From Octopus bimaculoides (lineage: Eukaryota), in assembly GCF_001194135.2 (NCBI RefSeq), contig NC_068984.1, forward strand, positions 25,504,355-25,568,354: 64,000 nt of DNA, read 5' to 3'. The notes beneath the pieces are model-generated. The model made no database searches. It was not told the origin of the DNA and saw only the letters and a program-made list of their open reading frames with translations. This document shows, one piece after another, positions 49,665 through 63,475 of this stretch (position 1 is its first letter; each line of letters begins with the position of its first letter). Position numbers and translations under genes: made by a program.

Positions 49665-51340
49665 CACCAAAGTAAACTTGTACAAGTCTTCAATGGGGTG
49701 CTTTTTAACCTGATTAGTCAGTCACTTCCTCCAAAGTACTTCCCAGTATTGCCATTTGACACAACGATTCAAATGACAGCCTGTTCTTTGTCAAATTACA
49801 AACCATCAGTGTCAAATTTTAGTTTTACCTAATTAAGATCAGGTCGTTAATGGTAAACTATTCATTCAATCAAACTGTGTACATTGTAGTCCTAACCACC
49901 TTTAACTGTTTCTCAAATGAATTTCATAATTCCGTTGTAAATGGTACCAAGCTGTTTAGGGAATTGGTAAGGTTTTAATTTAGTTTCAGTTTATACTTTT
50001 TTGGTTTTTTTTGTTGTTGTTTTTTTAACCTTTAGAATTCATATGAATGTTCAATAGGTGTATAGTTGTGATGCTTGTAATATAAGTCACAGGTTTAACT
50101 ATTGGGATGTCTTTGAACGAAGATTCTTGTTTTTTTTAATTCTTTACTCTTTCAAGCCAAACAGACTAAATGACAAAAATTGAGAAGGAATATCCCAACA
50201 TAAAACACTTAGTCTAGGCAATTGCAAGTGTTCGATTTTGTGCCAGATTACGAAAACATTAAATCATATTTGAAGAAAAATAATTACAAAACAAAATTAC
50301 AAAAGCCATAATAAATAAGCAGTTGATTCAACAAAGTAGATATTTAATCAATAAACTAATAAATTTAAGCAGTGGGTGATCAGACTATTTTGTTTGCTCA
50401 CCAGTATACCATTCGCTACATGCCATTTATAAACTTTGTCATTATCAGTTATGTCATATCAAAATATTTTTCCTGCTTCATTTCACAAATATTTGTTATA
50501 ACAAATGAATCCAATTAGATTTACTTTTAAGATTATTTCTAGTTTAGATTTACAACTTTAACATAAGTATTTTATAAATCAGTCAATTTTCTTGGAGACA
50601 AAAACATTGTAATCAAAACTGGATATCTGTGATTGCAATTCAGAAGTTTTAAAAGCAAAACATAGCAACCTGTTCTAAATATTATTCATGAAGTTAGCTA
50701 TAAAGAAAACTTTATACTAAAACAAACAATTAGATAGCTTATAAATCTAAAAGAGCGGCAACACTACTTGTAACAGTTCTATTGAATAAGCTATCATTAC
50801 TCAATTATTAAACAGCCAGCATTTCATACACTTATTGATTACTATCAATAAATAAAGATTTAATACAGGTTATCAGAGCCTATAGTTTGGTTATCTGTGG
50901 ATTATGATTCTGTTATTAACCATTGCTGTAGAGCCAAACCTGGTCGACTTGTTAGAGCTGCCTCACTAAGCAAAAGATATTGGCTTCTTTCCTATCATCA
51001 CAGCTGTATCCTTGGAAGAGAACTAACACAATGTGATAGACACAATAGTTCTTCAGTGCAGGTAATAAAGGTACTGCACAAATAAGGGCTTTGTTGATTG
51101 GACTCCAACAACAAACAGCTACTTCCACACTACTATCTATGTCTAAAATGGTACTCTACTTATTTATTCAAGCACTGTACAATCAATCAATCATAATTAA
51201 TAGGATTTTTTTTTTAAATACATCACTAGTAAGTAATATATACAAATCATACTTACTTTTAGGGACTATTTTCAACCTAACCATACTTAAGAATATATGA
51301 AAATGTATGTATTTAGGACAATGGTTAATAAATATCCTTC

Positions 51341-51732
51341 ATTATCATTTAATGTCCACTTTTTCATGCTTGCACAGGTTGGACAGAGTTTATTGAGGCA
51401 GACTTTCTACAGCTGGATGGCCTTCTTGTTACCAACCCTCACCTGTTTCCAAACAAGATAATATGGCCAGATATATTTTCATAGAATATTGCACATGAAG
51501 GACACTGCTTGTATGACAGTGACACTTGTTTACAAATATCACATGATGTCAAAACAAAGGACACAAACATACACACAATCACGCACACGTATGTATGTAT
51601 GTATGTATACACACACACACACACACATATCAAGGCTATAGTAAAAGATACTTGCCCAAGGTGCCACACAGTGGGACTGAATCCAAAACCACGTGGCTAA
51701 GAAGCAAACTTCTTACCACACAGCCACACCTG
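51341..51732 (-). mobile_element. SINE-A2, full length
   Basis: RTE tail, A2 body, (CA)n, then A-type head (GATACTTGCCCAAGGTGCCACACAGTGGGACTGAATCC...ACCACACAGCCACAC on plus). Confidence 0.82.
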
Positions 51733-52151
51733 AATCATAATTTCTTCACAATTTCTTACATTGTCAAAATGTCAAACATTTCTAAAAGAAGCTTAAAGTT
51801 GATTAAATCAATCCAAATAAATACCTGATACTTATCTGTCAACTGTAGAGACAGATAAAAGGAAATATCAACACTAGTTTAGAAATTTAAACTCAGAACG
51901 AAACCACAAAAATAAGTACTCTAAGATATTTAATCCAACACTTCACAGTTTCAACCACTCCACCTTGTCTCATTAAGTATATAATTCATTACATGAAATA
52001 ATAATTTATTAAATGAGTGAAATACTTTTGTAGCAGATACATAAATACCTAATATAAATAATAATACCAGTTCACCTGAAAAATACTAAACTATACAGAT
52101 ACACGCATGCACACACACACACATGCATGCATGAGTGCATGCACACACACA

Positions 52152-52525
52152 CAGGTGCAAGTATGGCTGTGAAGTTAAGAAGCTTGTTTCTTAACCATGT
52201 GATCTTGGGTTCAATCTCACGGCATGGCACCTTGCAGAAGTGTCTTCTACTATAGCTCCAGGCTGACCAAAGCCTTGAGTGGATTTAGTAGATAGAAACT
52301 GCAAGAAGCGTGTGTGCGTGTGCACCTAAGTCTTGACATGTGATGATTGTAAATGAGCATCACTGTCATACAAGCAATGTCGTTTTTAAAACTTTATAGT
52401 ATTCCATGAAATATTACCTTGCTTGTAAAAAGTAAGAGTTGGTGACAGGAAGAGCATCCAACCGTGGAAAGATCTGCCTCATCAAATTCCATCAGGTCCA
52501 TGCAAGCATAGGAAAGTGGACATGC
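52152..52525 (+). mobile_element. SINE-A2, full length
   Basis: A-type head, short (GT)n, GTCTTGACATGTGATG...AAATATTACCTTGCTTG...GACAGGAAGAGCATCC...CATGCAAGCATAGGAAAGTGGAC. Confidence 0.78.
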
Positions 52526-52934
52526 AGTAAGTACAACATCAAAACAAAACACTTATCACATTGGGAATGTATATATACATACATATATATACACGCTTCA
52601 CTACGTAATGTGATGAGCGAGTTAGCTAGTACAAATTCTGCCAAGATTGACTTTGCCTTTCACCCACTTGGGGTCAATATGGGTATAAAAACTGCACCCC
52701 ACTGCCAAGCCATGTTGACCCAGTGTGGGAGAGTAAACTCATCAAACCAATATGATCTCAAGCCATTCTCTGGTGAAGTGAACATGTTGATGCCCTCATC
52801 CTGCAGTGGACTAAACATGGGCAATCTAATCCAATCTCATACACGTATTAAGTCCTTTATTCATTCAATATTCATTGCTTTTGTATTTTAAAAACATTTA
52901 TCTTTAGCTCTGTAGTATACATACATATACACCT

Positions 52935-53011
52935 GTGTGCGAGAGAGAGAGGGGGGAGGGATTGAGGGAGAGGGAGAGAGAGAGGGAGAGAGAGAGGGAG
53001 AGTGAGGGGGG

Positions 53012-53042
<31 letters not shown>

Positions 53043-53225
53043 AATACAGTGCAGTCACTAATTCACATATTTTATTTATTTACTCATATATATATAGGCA
53101 TATATATATATATATATGTATATAGGTATATATGTGTATATATAGGTATATATGTGTATGTGTTTGTGTATGTATGTATATATATATATATATATACATA
53201 TGTGTGTACACACACACACATACAA
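52935..53225. repeat. Compound (GA)n/(GGA)/(TA)n/(TG)n/(CA)n microsatellite block
   Basis: Read directly. Confidence 0.9.
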
Positions 53226-56200
53226 AATATATAATGTTTCAGTTACTAAGAATAGGTAACTAGAATATGTGAATTAATGACTGCGCTGAATTCATTTAGT
53301 ACATGCTCCCATTCTACCTGATACTGAATCAATGATATAAATATATTAAGAGCAAGGATGCTGATAAGCAAAAACCACCAGTTTCTAATTCCTGTCCTAC
53401 TTATAGGGAGACAATGCAAGAATACTTTCTATTTCTATAATAAAACACCAAATTAAATGTAAAAATATTAAAAATTTATTCTATGGATCAATAAGTATAA
53501 ACCCTTTTAAGTACAAGATTTATTGAAAATATGCCCAGTGATGGAAAGTCATCAATAAGCAATTTTGATTGCTGTACTATTTTCAGAAAGTTGAAAAATT
53601 CAATTGTGAAATATTAAATTTTTCATGATGTTTTGCAGCCTCAGTAACTACTCAGACGTTAATATGCACAGCTAAACTGTTAAAGTATGAATAATAATGT
53701 CCAGTACTAAGGTTTTCTGTTATTACTATGGAGAAAGAAAACACACACAAAAAAAAAAGGGAAGAGGGAAATGATGCATAAAGAGGAAGAAGTTTTAAAA
53801 TTAGGTTTTTTTGTTTGTTTTTTACTTTTCCTTTGCAGAAATGAAGCAATTGACTTGACTCCAATATACTGCTATTTTATTGATTTGACAGAGGAATCTC
53901 ATAAACATAAGACACCAAATATGATACTACTCAACAAATATTGTGACTCCCTACTGTTTGTGCCAATTCCATTGACAAAATTTGTTTTAGATTTAATAAG
54001 AGTCAATGAAAGATATGTGCAGGATCGGAGAGGCAGCAGAAAGTGCCACTTGCTCATTATGGAGCAAGTGAGGGAAGCTAAATTGGGAACCAGGAGGCAA
54101 TGATGATCAGTGATTTAGCTACATCTACTAACTTACTGATAGGATGCTGTTCCAGTTCAGAGTCACATCTCGTGACATCATTTCCTCCTGGTCAAAGCTA
54201 CATTCACCAAAGGTGAAAAAAAGAAGCATCCTCATTTAGATGTTATCAATATTATTATATAGCAATTTATTCTTTTACTAGTTTCAACCAGCTTCAAATT
54301 ATGTTTATTCATAAAGATAGTAGACTTGTTAATAGTCTTCAGTGTTGTATAATAATATTTCATGTTCCTGGGCGACTTAAATCACAATGAATTGATCCAA
54401 CTAGATCATGTTGGTATAAGTTGGATTAGTCTCTTCAGCCACTGTTTTACAGCTGGTTGCTCTTCCTGTCACCAATTCTTTTAGTCAACCCTCATGACAT
54501 GCAAGGACAAAGAGTATGTATTCTAGATCAAGATACACATGGTAATATAAGAGCAAGAATGTATTAAACTTAAGACTGCAGCTATTCCCCTGTGACAACA
54601 CGAAAAAACTTTAAAATATTCAGTGACAATATAGCAAACATAAAAACACTACTACTATTCCCCTACTAATAAATCCATAGGAACCACAACTTGAAGACAC
54701 TAGCAAAATTACTTCAGTAATCATTTTAATATCAAGCTGTTGAATTAATTGAAAGTGTAACCACAATCAAAACTGAGCATTAGATAATTATTGTAAAGTC
54801 ACAAGCCATAATGATAAACATACCCTAGAATCCGACATAAGCCATTTAAACCAATATCATTGTAAAAATAACTAATTTAAAGTATCTTTCCTCCTGTTAA
54901 GGCATAATTTGTGTTCTCTGTAAACAAGAATGGATTTATGTCACTTGTGGAAAATGTCTAATTTCTTCCCTGTTTAAAAACATACCATAAATTTTAAAAA
55001 CACGATAACAGGAATGCAAACGTGTTTCAGAACAGCCTTGATGTTGTTCCTTTCTAATTATACAATATAAACAGATAGACTTCAAACCTAAATAAATAAA
55101 CCTAAAAGAATAGTGATAAGTGATATGAATGAGTGATGCAGTGGAATTTAAAACAAAGGGGATAGGAACTAAACTGAGAAGGACGGCGATAAAAAAAAAA
55201 GGAGGGCTAAAAAAAAAAAAAAAAGGATAGTGAGATAGAGAGAAGCCCAGAGAAATAAAATCATGTAAAATAACTATAGAAAGAGACAGGAGGGAAATAG
55301 GAATGGAAAGCAAGAATGGAAAACCTTACAAGCAGAAGGAGAGAAAAAGAGAAATGTTTACATATATACATTGGTTTAGTTTGTAAGAAATAATTTCCTG
55401 AAGTCATGTCCCTATATTTATATGGTGATTACTTTAAAATAAAATGAAGAAAATAAAACAATGTGATTCAGAATTTAAGAACACTTTGAATACAAAACAA
55501 AACTATTACTATTGCACAAAAATGGTGGTGGTGGCGGCAGTGGAGGCGGTGAGGGGGGGAGGTGTCTGTGAGTGTTTTTAATGAAACTCAGAGGAAAATG
55601 GAAAGAAAAATTTTCTTTATCTCCTAAAGTCATTTCCATTCACAGATGTAAATTAATTCATATATTTACTAGGAATAGATACATATGTAACGTAAGCCTT
55701 CATTTTTTTTTCCAATTATTTACAAAAAATTCAGTATAAAAGAAGTAATATGAATCAAAACACAACCAAATTTATTGGCAAGAAATAAAAAATATATATA
55801 AAAAAAAAAAAAGAGAAACCAAGACTACAGTTTAAGCTATTTACTGGAAAGAAGGTTTCTGTTAACTAGGCATATCCAATAATCTGACTAGAGAAAGCTG
55901 CTCCAGTCTCAGCCTTTACACCAGTGGCAGGTGTCAAATGATGCAATAGTTTCTATCCTCATCATATTCCAAGAAAATTCTTACTAAATCCTTGAGAAAG
56001 TGAGAGTGTGGGGGAGATGAAAGGTGGAGGTGAAAGTAAGGCCTGCATCCAACAGTAAAAGCCATTCACATGAAAAACGAGATGAAGAAGAGTGAAATGC
56101 ATTAGCAGGTTGCGTGCAAATGAACAAACAGTTAAATTTCACTCATATGCCAAATGGTTTCTCATATCAATAACTGATGAGGCATTGATCTCAGTTGTAA

Positions 56201-56788
56201 AATAGCCAGAGGAAAATTTGATTTTCACTTCTATCACAGAATTTAGCACAATAGATATTATTAGACTAAATTCAAAATACTTTTTAATACATGATACCAC
56301 ATACTACGAACAGTTTTTTGTAACATATCATGTACAGTTTTAAAAAACTATGAACAATTTAATATCTAGTACAGTTTAATAGATCATCTCATATATAGCA
56401 GCTATGGCACCAAGTAAAAGATTCAGGATTAATACTAGAGATTAATACCAAGTATAGTTTAATATTAGGAGAAATATTTACTTTTTGGGGTTGGGGAACG
56501 GTGAAGCTCAAAGTAGATAAGGTTATAAATAACAGCATGTAAATTTGGGGTTTTAAAAAATCTTTTGGATAGAAACAGTTGAAGGCTGCTTGTGGGACAC
56601 AGACCCACATCTCCTGTAAGCATGACACATTTATAGTTTTTTACACAGCTCAATGCTTCATACTATCACATTTTGATGCCAAATAAAGTTTAGGACATGC
56701 AGTTTAGTTTATAATTTCCAACATAAAGTTTTGACACCATTTCTTTCATTTAGTTTAACATAACAAACAGCTTACAATTTAATACCCT

Positions 56789-57455
56789 GAGAAAAGCTGA
56801 ACTCTTGAGAGAAAAGCTGAACATCTTGAGAGAAAAGCTGAACATTAGAAGCATCAGTTGTGGCGTGCAAGAGAGACGATTGCGCTGGTATGGACATGTG
56901 GTGAGAATGGAGGAGGATAGCTGCGTGAAAAAGTGCCACACCCTAACAGTTGAGGGAACCCGTGGAAGAGGTAGGCCCAGGAAGACCTGGGCTGAGGTGG
57001 TGAGGCAAGACCTTCGTACATTGGGCCTCACCGAGGCGATGACTACGGACCGAGACCTTTGGAAATGGGCTGTGCGTGAGAAGACCCGGCAAGCCAAGTA
57101 AGATCGTTGCCAGTGCCCCTGGACTGGTTCTTGTGCGGGTGGCACATGAGATGCACCATTTTGAGCGTGGCCGTTGCCAGTACCGCCTGANNNNNNNNNN
57201 NNNNNNNNNNNNNNNNNNNNNNNGGCACATAAAAGACACCATTTCGAGCGTGGCCGTTTTCGTGCGGGTGACACGTAAAAGCACCCACTACACTCTCTGA
57301 GTGGTTGGCGTTAGGAAGGGCATCCAGCTGTAGAAACTCTGCCAAATCAGACTGGAGCCTGGTGTTGCCATCCGGTTTCACCAGTCCTCAGTCAAATCGT
57401 CCAACCCATGCTAGCATGGAAAGCGGACGTTAAACGATGATGATGATGATGATGA
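56789..57455 (+). mobile_element. 5'-truncated RTE-clade LINE, young (ORF end + 3' UTR + (GAT)n tail)
   Basis: Intact frame LREKLNIRSISCGVQERRLRWYGHVVRM...GTRGRGRPRKTWAEVVRQDL...TDRDLWKWAVREKTRQAK* (stop at 57101); UTR identical in kind to the short RTE-tail elements. Confidence 0.92.
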
Positions 57456-57515
57456 TTTACTTTTAATTCACATAACGCAGAATTCAATGCTATCATTTGT
57501 TCCTTCTTGTTTTTA

Positions 57516-57620
57516 CATCCATTTTTCCATGCTAGCATGGGTCAGACATATTAATGTAATGTTTTACAGCTAGATGCCCTTCCAATTACTAACCCTTACT
57601 TATTTTTCAAATAAAGAATT
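57516..57620 (-). mobile_element. RTE-tail / SINE-A2 3' fragment, inverted relative to the adjacent LINE
   Basis: CATTTTTCCATGCTAGCATGGGTCAGAC...TACAGCTAGATGCCCTTCC. Confidence 0.7.
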
Positions 57621-58195
57621 TCTTATTTTAAATGTCTCCAAAGGCACAGTCAGCAGAGGATTTGTTAACAGGAAAATGGACAACATGATGCTTGTAGCTC
57701 AAAGATTCAGAGAAGTACAAATATAAGCTTGCGTGCATGTGAGTATATGTAATAGACTTCTTTTAGTTTCCATTTACCAAATCCACTCACAAAGCTTCAA
57801 GGCTTTGGTCAGCTTGGAGCTATAATAGAAGAGATTTGTCCAAGGTGCCACACCATGGGACTGAATCCAAAACCATGTGGTTAGAAAGCAAACTTCTTAA
57901 CCACACAGAAATGCCTGCATCTATTATCCCTACTAACTTAATATTATATAAGACATACAAACTGAACACAGTTAACAATGTAGAAAGTTATATATCGAGT
58001 TTCTCAGACCTGATAGACCCAGTATATTTTGTAAAGTAGTTTGTGTTAGGAAAGGCATCCAGCGGTACAAAAAGAAGCAAACCAAGGCAGACACTGGAGC
58101 ACTATGCAGTCCTCTGACCCATAAGATCCTAATGAACTGTCCAACCCATGCCAGCAATGAAGATAGATGGTAAATGACAATGATGATGATGACAT

Positions 58196-58264
<69 letters not shown>

Positions 58265-58373
58265 TGTGTATACAGATAGATGTATGACTACTACTGTATG
58301 AGTTAGAGCTCCAAGCAGACTATCATTATCCAGTCAGCTTCCAGTATAGTAGTTAGTCTACCATTATACTTAA

Positions 58374-58593
58374 CCCTTTAGTATTAAGATTACTCTATCA
58401 AATGTGATGCTTATTTATTCACATTGTTTTAAATTGATAATACAGTAACTTGTAGCCTTGAGATTTGGATGATGTGAATGTTATTTTTAGAATGACACTG
58501 TAGGATATGTGTGAGAAGCTGGATCTGGCAAGTTTAGACTTAAAAATAAGTAGAATATTTTGACTGAATAAGGCTGGTTTAAATACTAAAGGG
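58374..58593 (-). mobile_element. piggyBac-type MITE, family 1, 220 bp
   Basis: Perfect 12-bp TIR CCCTTTAGTATT / AATACTAAAGGG with TTAA on both sides (58370-58373 and 58594-58597). Confidence 0.9.
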
Positions 58594-60204
58594 TTAATAG
58601 TGTTACTAGTTATGATAGAATGCAATAAAGTGGTCCCCTGATGATCCATTGCAAGTTCCAAATAACTGCAATAGTTAAACATACAAAGGAACTAATAATT
58701 TATACTTGTCTTTATCACAATTCCCCATCCTTTGATCCATACATAAAATCGTTATCATGTATTCAATGAGACTTTCAACAGAGGCTTTTTAATGCCAATC
58801 AGATATTTCCAAATGAGATAAACCCAAAAGCTTCATTTTCACTTTTCAGTTTATATTTTAACAAATGAATCAAGTACAAAATCATTCACCAATAGGTTCG
58901 AAATTTTATATTCTACTAGAAACATCAAACAGTGTCTGTGTAGAAGATATTTTATTTTAATTGTATTTTTCTAAATAATTGAAAAATATGTATCAGCACA
59001 GCTGGAAAATTATTTTACAATATATAGGTATTCAACTCAATAAGGAATACAATTTTCTTTTATGTATGTGTAAAATACACAAGAGCCTAAGTTACTGGAG
59101 AACTGGGAAGGAATTAGCTTTATAAATCTGTGGCTTTTTAGAATTATCTTATTTTGATCTTCAAACATAAAACCAAAACTAATTACACACATAGTTATTA
59201 TTAAATAGTAATACACATGATAGTGTGATAAGTTTATGACTGAAAAATAAGCTTCTCAAATATATTTCTATTCTCTTAACTTCAGCAAAGCATTCCTCAG
59301 ATTCAGGTATCATATAAATATTTTAAAATTCCTCAAATTCAGGTAATACATAAAATATAATGGCATCTTTCAGATCCACAGACAGAATCAAACAACATTT
59401 TCCCATTTCTTTGTGCATTAAGCGACAAAACCAATTATAGAAATGAGCAAAATCAATAACAATCTAACTAAAGAAATATTCAATATTCCTTCCCCCTCAA
59501 CACACACACACACACACAACTCATTCTTTCCTTTCTTTTTTGACTATCTGCCCTCCAAAATTGTAGTTCGAAAGAAAAAAAACACTTTGAAGTTTAACCA
59601 ACCGTAATCTGTAACAAAATGAAAATCCTTAAATTATTCACCAAAATAGAAGAAACTTAACAAGTGCCTCTAGAAAAGAATATTAGAAATTTTTTCCTGC
59701 ATCCAATATCTTCCCTATGATCATCACCATTTTTAATATCCTCTCCTCCATGCTGGCATGGATTGAGGGTTTTTTTTTTTTAGAGTTTTTTTTTTGCTTT
59801 GGAATTTTAGTATTTTTTCTTCAAATTTCAGTTACATATTTGTATTTGGTGAGAGGGTGGTCAGGAATCCTACAATATCTTTAATGTATCCATTTAAATA
59901 ACAACTCTCAAAGAAAGACACATGCGTAAGGTTATTTCAAAACCTTCCAAGTCAGAATCATATTATCAGTTGCAATATGGAAGAGAACAAATAACAAGTC
60001 ATTACTATTTAACTGCGAGTTGAATCAATTGCTTCAGGACTTTGAGAAAATTCCTAAATTCTTTTAACTCTGTCTTCTTAAAGAATTTTCTAAGGGAAGA
60101 TGTTTTAGATATTCAGAGCAGAGAGTGTGTCAAATATTATCCAGAAATGTTACTTGAAAGACTTTTATATAAGCCTTTTCTTCTTTCTTTCTCTTTCTTT
60201 ACCC

Positions 60205-60214
60205 ATTACCATCT

Positions 60215-60268
<54 letters not shown>

Positions 60269-60312
60269 TCATCATCATCACCACTACTACCACCACCAGC
60301 AATAGTAATGAT
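60205..60312. repeat. Compound trinucleotide microsatellite (CAT/CAG/CAC)
   Basis: (cat)n(cag)n(cat)n(cac)n read directly. Confidence 0.9.
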
Positions 60313-60544
60313 AAAGCTTATAACATCAACACTGGCAAATAATAGTTTTAAAGGCATATGATTGAATTTTAATCAGTTTAACAGAATTATAGAAACTATA
60401 TTATTTGAATATATTATGAGAATATACATACTTTCTTACAGATGTACGATCACAGATAATCATGATGCGGGAATACAAATCTCAATATTTTCTAAAGGTG
60501 TATACTGTATTTAATATAAATGCCTATACTGTATTTAATGAAAA

Positions 60545-60845
60545 TGTGTGGCTTAGTGGATAAGGGTGTTGCACTCACAATCATTAAATCATGGGTTCGA
60601 TTCCCAGATCGAGCCAAACATCATGTTCTCGGGCAAAACACTTCATTTCATGTTGCTCCAATCCACTTAGCTGTAAATAGGCAACTCTGTAATGGACAGC
60701 CTTTTCTGATCAGGGGCAAGGTTAGCCTGCTTGTCTAGCCAGTGAGGTGGCATTATTTGAAAGCTAAAAATGATGCAAAGTGCATTGCAACCAGTAATGT
60801 ATGATATCTGGTAGTCTGGGTGATCACGTGATATACTGAACTTAG
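60545..60845 (+). mobile_element. tRNA-derived SINE (D-like head, different body)
   Basis: GTGGCTTAGTGGATAAGGGTG (box A)...GGGTTCGATTCCC (box B)...GGGCAAAACACTTCATTTCATGTTGCTC; related head fragment at 21690-21790. Confidence 0.72.
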
Positions 60846-61743
60846 TTGGATTCAGTACAGTTACAAATGTAATGCACCTCAGCCCCACTTTTGAGTACCT
60901 AAAAATCAATATTATCTTCTTGCTTTCTCTCTCTCTAACACTTATGAATGATGTGTCTCTCCTCCAGTTTTGACTGATGTTTTGTATTGGTAGCATTATG
61001 CATGAGTAATTATGATATGTATAAATACAGGAATACAATTCAATTAGTTCTAAATGTCCAATGAATAAGTGAGAAGTTGTTAAGGGAGAGGCGCTAATTC
61101 ACAGAGAAATAATGTTACAAACAGTGGCTGCATTCTAGCAAAGGATATTTGACATGACATTTTTCTCTCTTTCTTGTTTAAGCAACCACATCTGAGACGC
61201 ATTTCACTAGGTGACATTTTTAGGTGTTAAATATTGAACAATAAAACAATTTAGATATAACCAATGATTTGATTAAATAAAATCATTTACAAATAATAAA
61301 CAATCAAAAGTCTCAAGTTATTAGGGATGTTATTTGTTTTTTGTTTTTGTTTTTCATACATCATACTTTTTTTTCTGCTGTTTGTTTTTGGATTCATCAT
61401 TATGTGGCTTTGCCAATTCTTATTTGATTTGCTTGGAATAGGAGCAGATTTCTCTTCATAAATGTATCAAGAGTTCCTTGCTTCCATTGCAGTCTTTCCC
61501 TTTCTTTCATAAAATTACACAACAGCAGAGATCAGATATATTTACATCAGCAGTAACTTTTCTACTTTGTTATAAATTCAACTACTGAGACTTGAAAATT
61601 TTTATCAATTATGCGAAAAAGCTTTGTTGAGATCCTTTAAGAATAAAAGAACAAATAGGTGCTTCCACTGTTAGACCTTCTTCAGGTTTTTTGTTATAAT
61701 ACCAAAGTTTTAAGACAAAAGAGAAGCAGAAAGATTGCGGAAA

Positions 61744-62127
61744 CAGTTGTTGTTGTTGTTGGCACTCCATCACTTACGATGTCGAGGGTTCCAGTCGATC
61801 CTATCAACGGAACAGCTTGCTCGTGAAATTAACGTGCCAATGGCTGAGCAATCCACAGACACGTGTACCCTTAACGTAGTTCTTGGAGATATTCAGCATG
61901 ACACAGAGTGTGACAAGGCTGGCCCTTTGAAATACAGGTACAACAGAAACAGGAAGTAAGAGTGAGAGAAAGTTGTGGTGGAAGAGTACAGCAGGGTTCG
62001 CCACCATCCCCTGCCAGAGCCTCGTGGAGCTTTAGGGGTTTTCGCTCAATAAACACTCACAACGCCCGGTCTGGGAATCAAAACCGCGATCCTATGACCA
62101 CGAGTCCACTGGGCCATTGCACCTCCA
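61744..62127 (-). mobile_element. SINE-C, full length, with (CAA)n tail
   Basis: Highly similar to 38321-38702; (TTG)n on plus at about 61746-61760. Confidence 0.88.
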
Positions 62128-62914
62128 TTGAGGAAACAGTAAACACATACAAACATCAATATGCAAACTAACTGAATGACTGAAGAAACAGGCATGTACC
62201 TAATATCAAGGTGCATTGTGGTTAGTAAACTTTTTCAGTCATCATTATAAAATTAGCATTTATTTTGCACAAGTATTAACTTTTTATTTTTATAATTTCA
62301 AAACAATATCATCATAGTAAGCAGAAGATTGTTGAGTGAAATATCGTTGTATTTCTATATCCGTTATGAAGCATCAAGTAATAATTCTCTTTTTGTTCCA
62401 GAAACAGAATTATCACAAGCAGATTCACAAAAAAACAGTTACAGATCAATCAATAAGAAAAATGCTACCAGTTCAAATCATATCACCAACAGAGGGTTGT
62501 TATCCCTGGTCAATTCATTTATCTCTCAATGTGCAAATCTATTAATAGATACCATGTACAGGCACGACTAAATGCTTCGTCATTTCTAAGAGGAGAATTC
62601 AGTTGTTCAATCAACTGAACCCTTCAACTACTTGTTAAATAGACATGTCAATGGTTGAGTATTCCACAGACATGTGAATTGAAATTTGGTAGGCAGAAAC
62701 TGTGTGGATCAAAGGAAGCTTATCAAATGGATAGTGCATAGAAGTCACAAGTCCAGCTTTGTTACATATGTCACGTTGATTTGACCTATTTGATGGTTCA
62801 GAAGGCAACAACAATAAGATTCATAATTATATNNNNNNNNNNNNNNNNNNNNNNNNNNNNNNNNNNNNNNNNNNNNNNNNNNNNNNNNNNNNNNNNNNNN
62901 TATATATATATATA

Positions 62915-63071
62915 TATTTGAAAATAATTAATAGGAATAGCTTTACAGATAACTTTTTCCACTTTAATAATTAGATATGTTTTTCACTTTAATAATTAGA
63001 TGTCGTAAACATCTAATTATCAAAGTGGAAAAAATTATCAGAAAAACCATTCCTATTCATTTTTACAAATA
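62915..63071. repeat. TA-flanked imperfect palindrome with an internal ~26-bp tandem duplication
   Basis: AATAGGAAT...GATAA-TTTTTCCACTTT-ATAATTAGATGT, loop CGTAA, and its reverse complement; the inner left arm is present twice (62954-62980 and 62981-63003). Confidence 0.8.
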
Positions 63072-63100
63072 ATATATGATACTGTTCTATTTCTAATTCA

Positions 63101-63362
63101 TCACTATCATCATCATCATCTAATATTGTTTTCCATGCTGGCATGGGTCAGACGTTTTGACAGGATGTACCAAGGTCAGGAGCCACACCAAGTTTCATAG
63201 TCTGTTTAGCAATATTTGTACAGCTGGATGCCCTTCCTAATACCAACCACTTTACAGAGTGCATTGGGTGCTTTTTGCATGGCACCATCACTTAAGTTTT
63301 TTGTGTGACACCATCACCAGTGCTTTTTGTGGGATACCATTGCCAGTACTTTTACATGGCTT
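63101..63362 (-). mobile_element. RTE-tail element with minisatellite body
   Basis: TTTTCCATGCTGGCATGGGTCAGACG...CAGCTGGATGCCCTTCCTAATACCAACCACTTTACAGAGTG + repeats of GTGCTTTTT..TGGCACC. Confidence 0.78.
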
Positions 63363-63475
63363 TACATAGTTTTACTATCCTATTACAATTATATTATTTT
63401 AAAGTAAGAAACAGAAATGTATTTCAAACAATAATTTCATATTATACCCAGAAAAATATTTGAGCAAGAATAATC

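Noticed and set aside
54137-54181. Candidate first coding exon MMSRDVTLNWNSILS|GTAAGT, phase-compatible with the RAPGEF exon
   Set aside because: No similarity to known PDZ-GEF N-termini; an in-frame ATG near a GTAAGT is expected by chance in 25 kb. Needs RNA-seq.
54986-55087. 102-bp minus-strand segment with good AG/GT sites and one open frame (LKSICLYCIIRKEQ...)
   Set aside because: Phase 1-1, so it cannot join the phase-0 RAPGEF exon in frame; no recognisable homology.
60545-60620. tRNA-like sequences with A and B boxes (also heads at 6130-6203, 7370-7450, 38620-38702)
   Set aside because: No complete cloverleaf; they run straight into SINE bodies, so they are SINE heads rather than tRNA genes.
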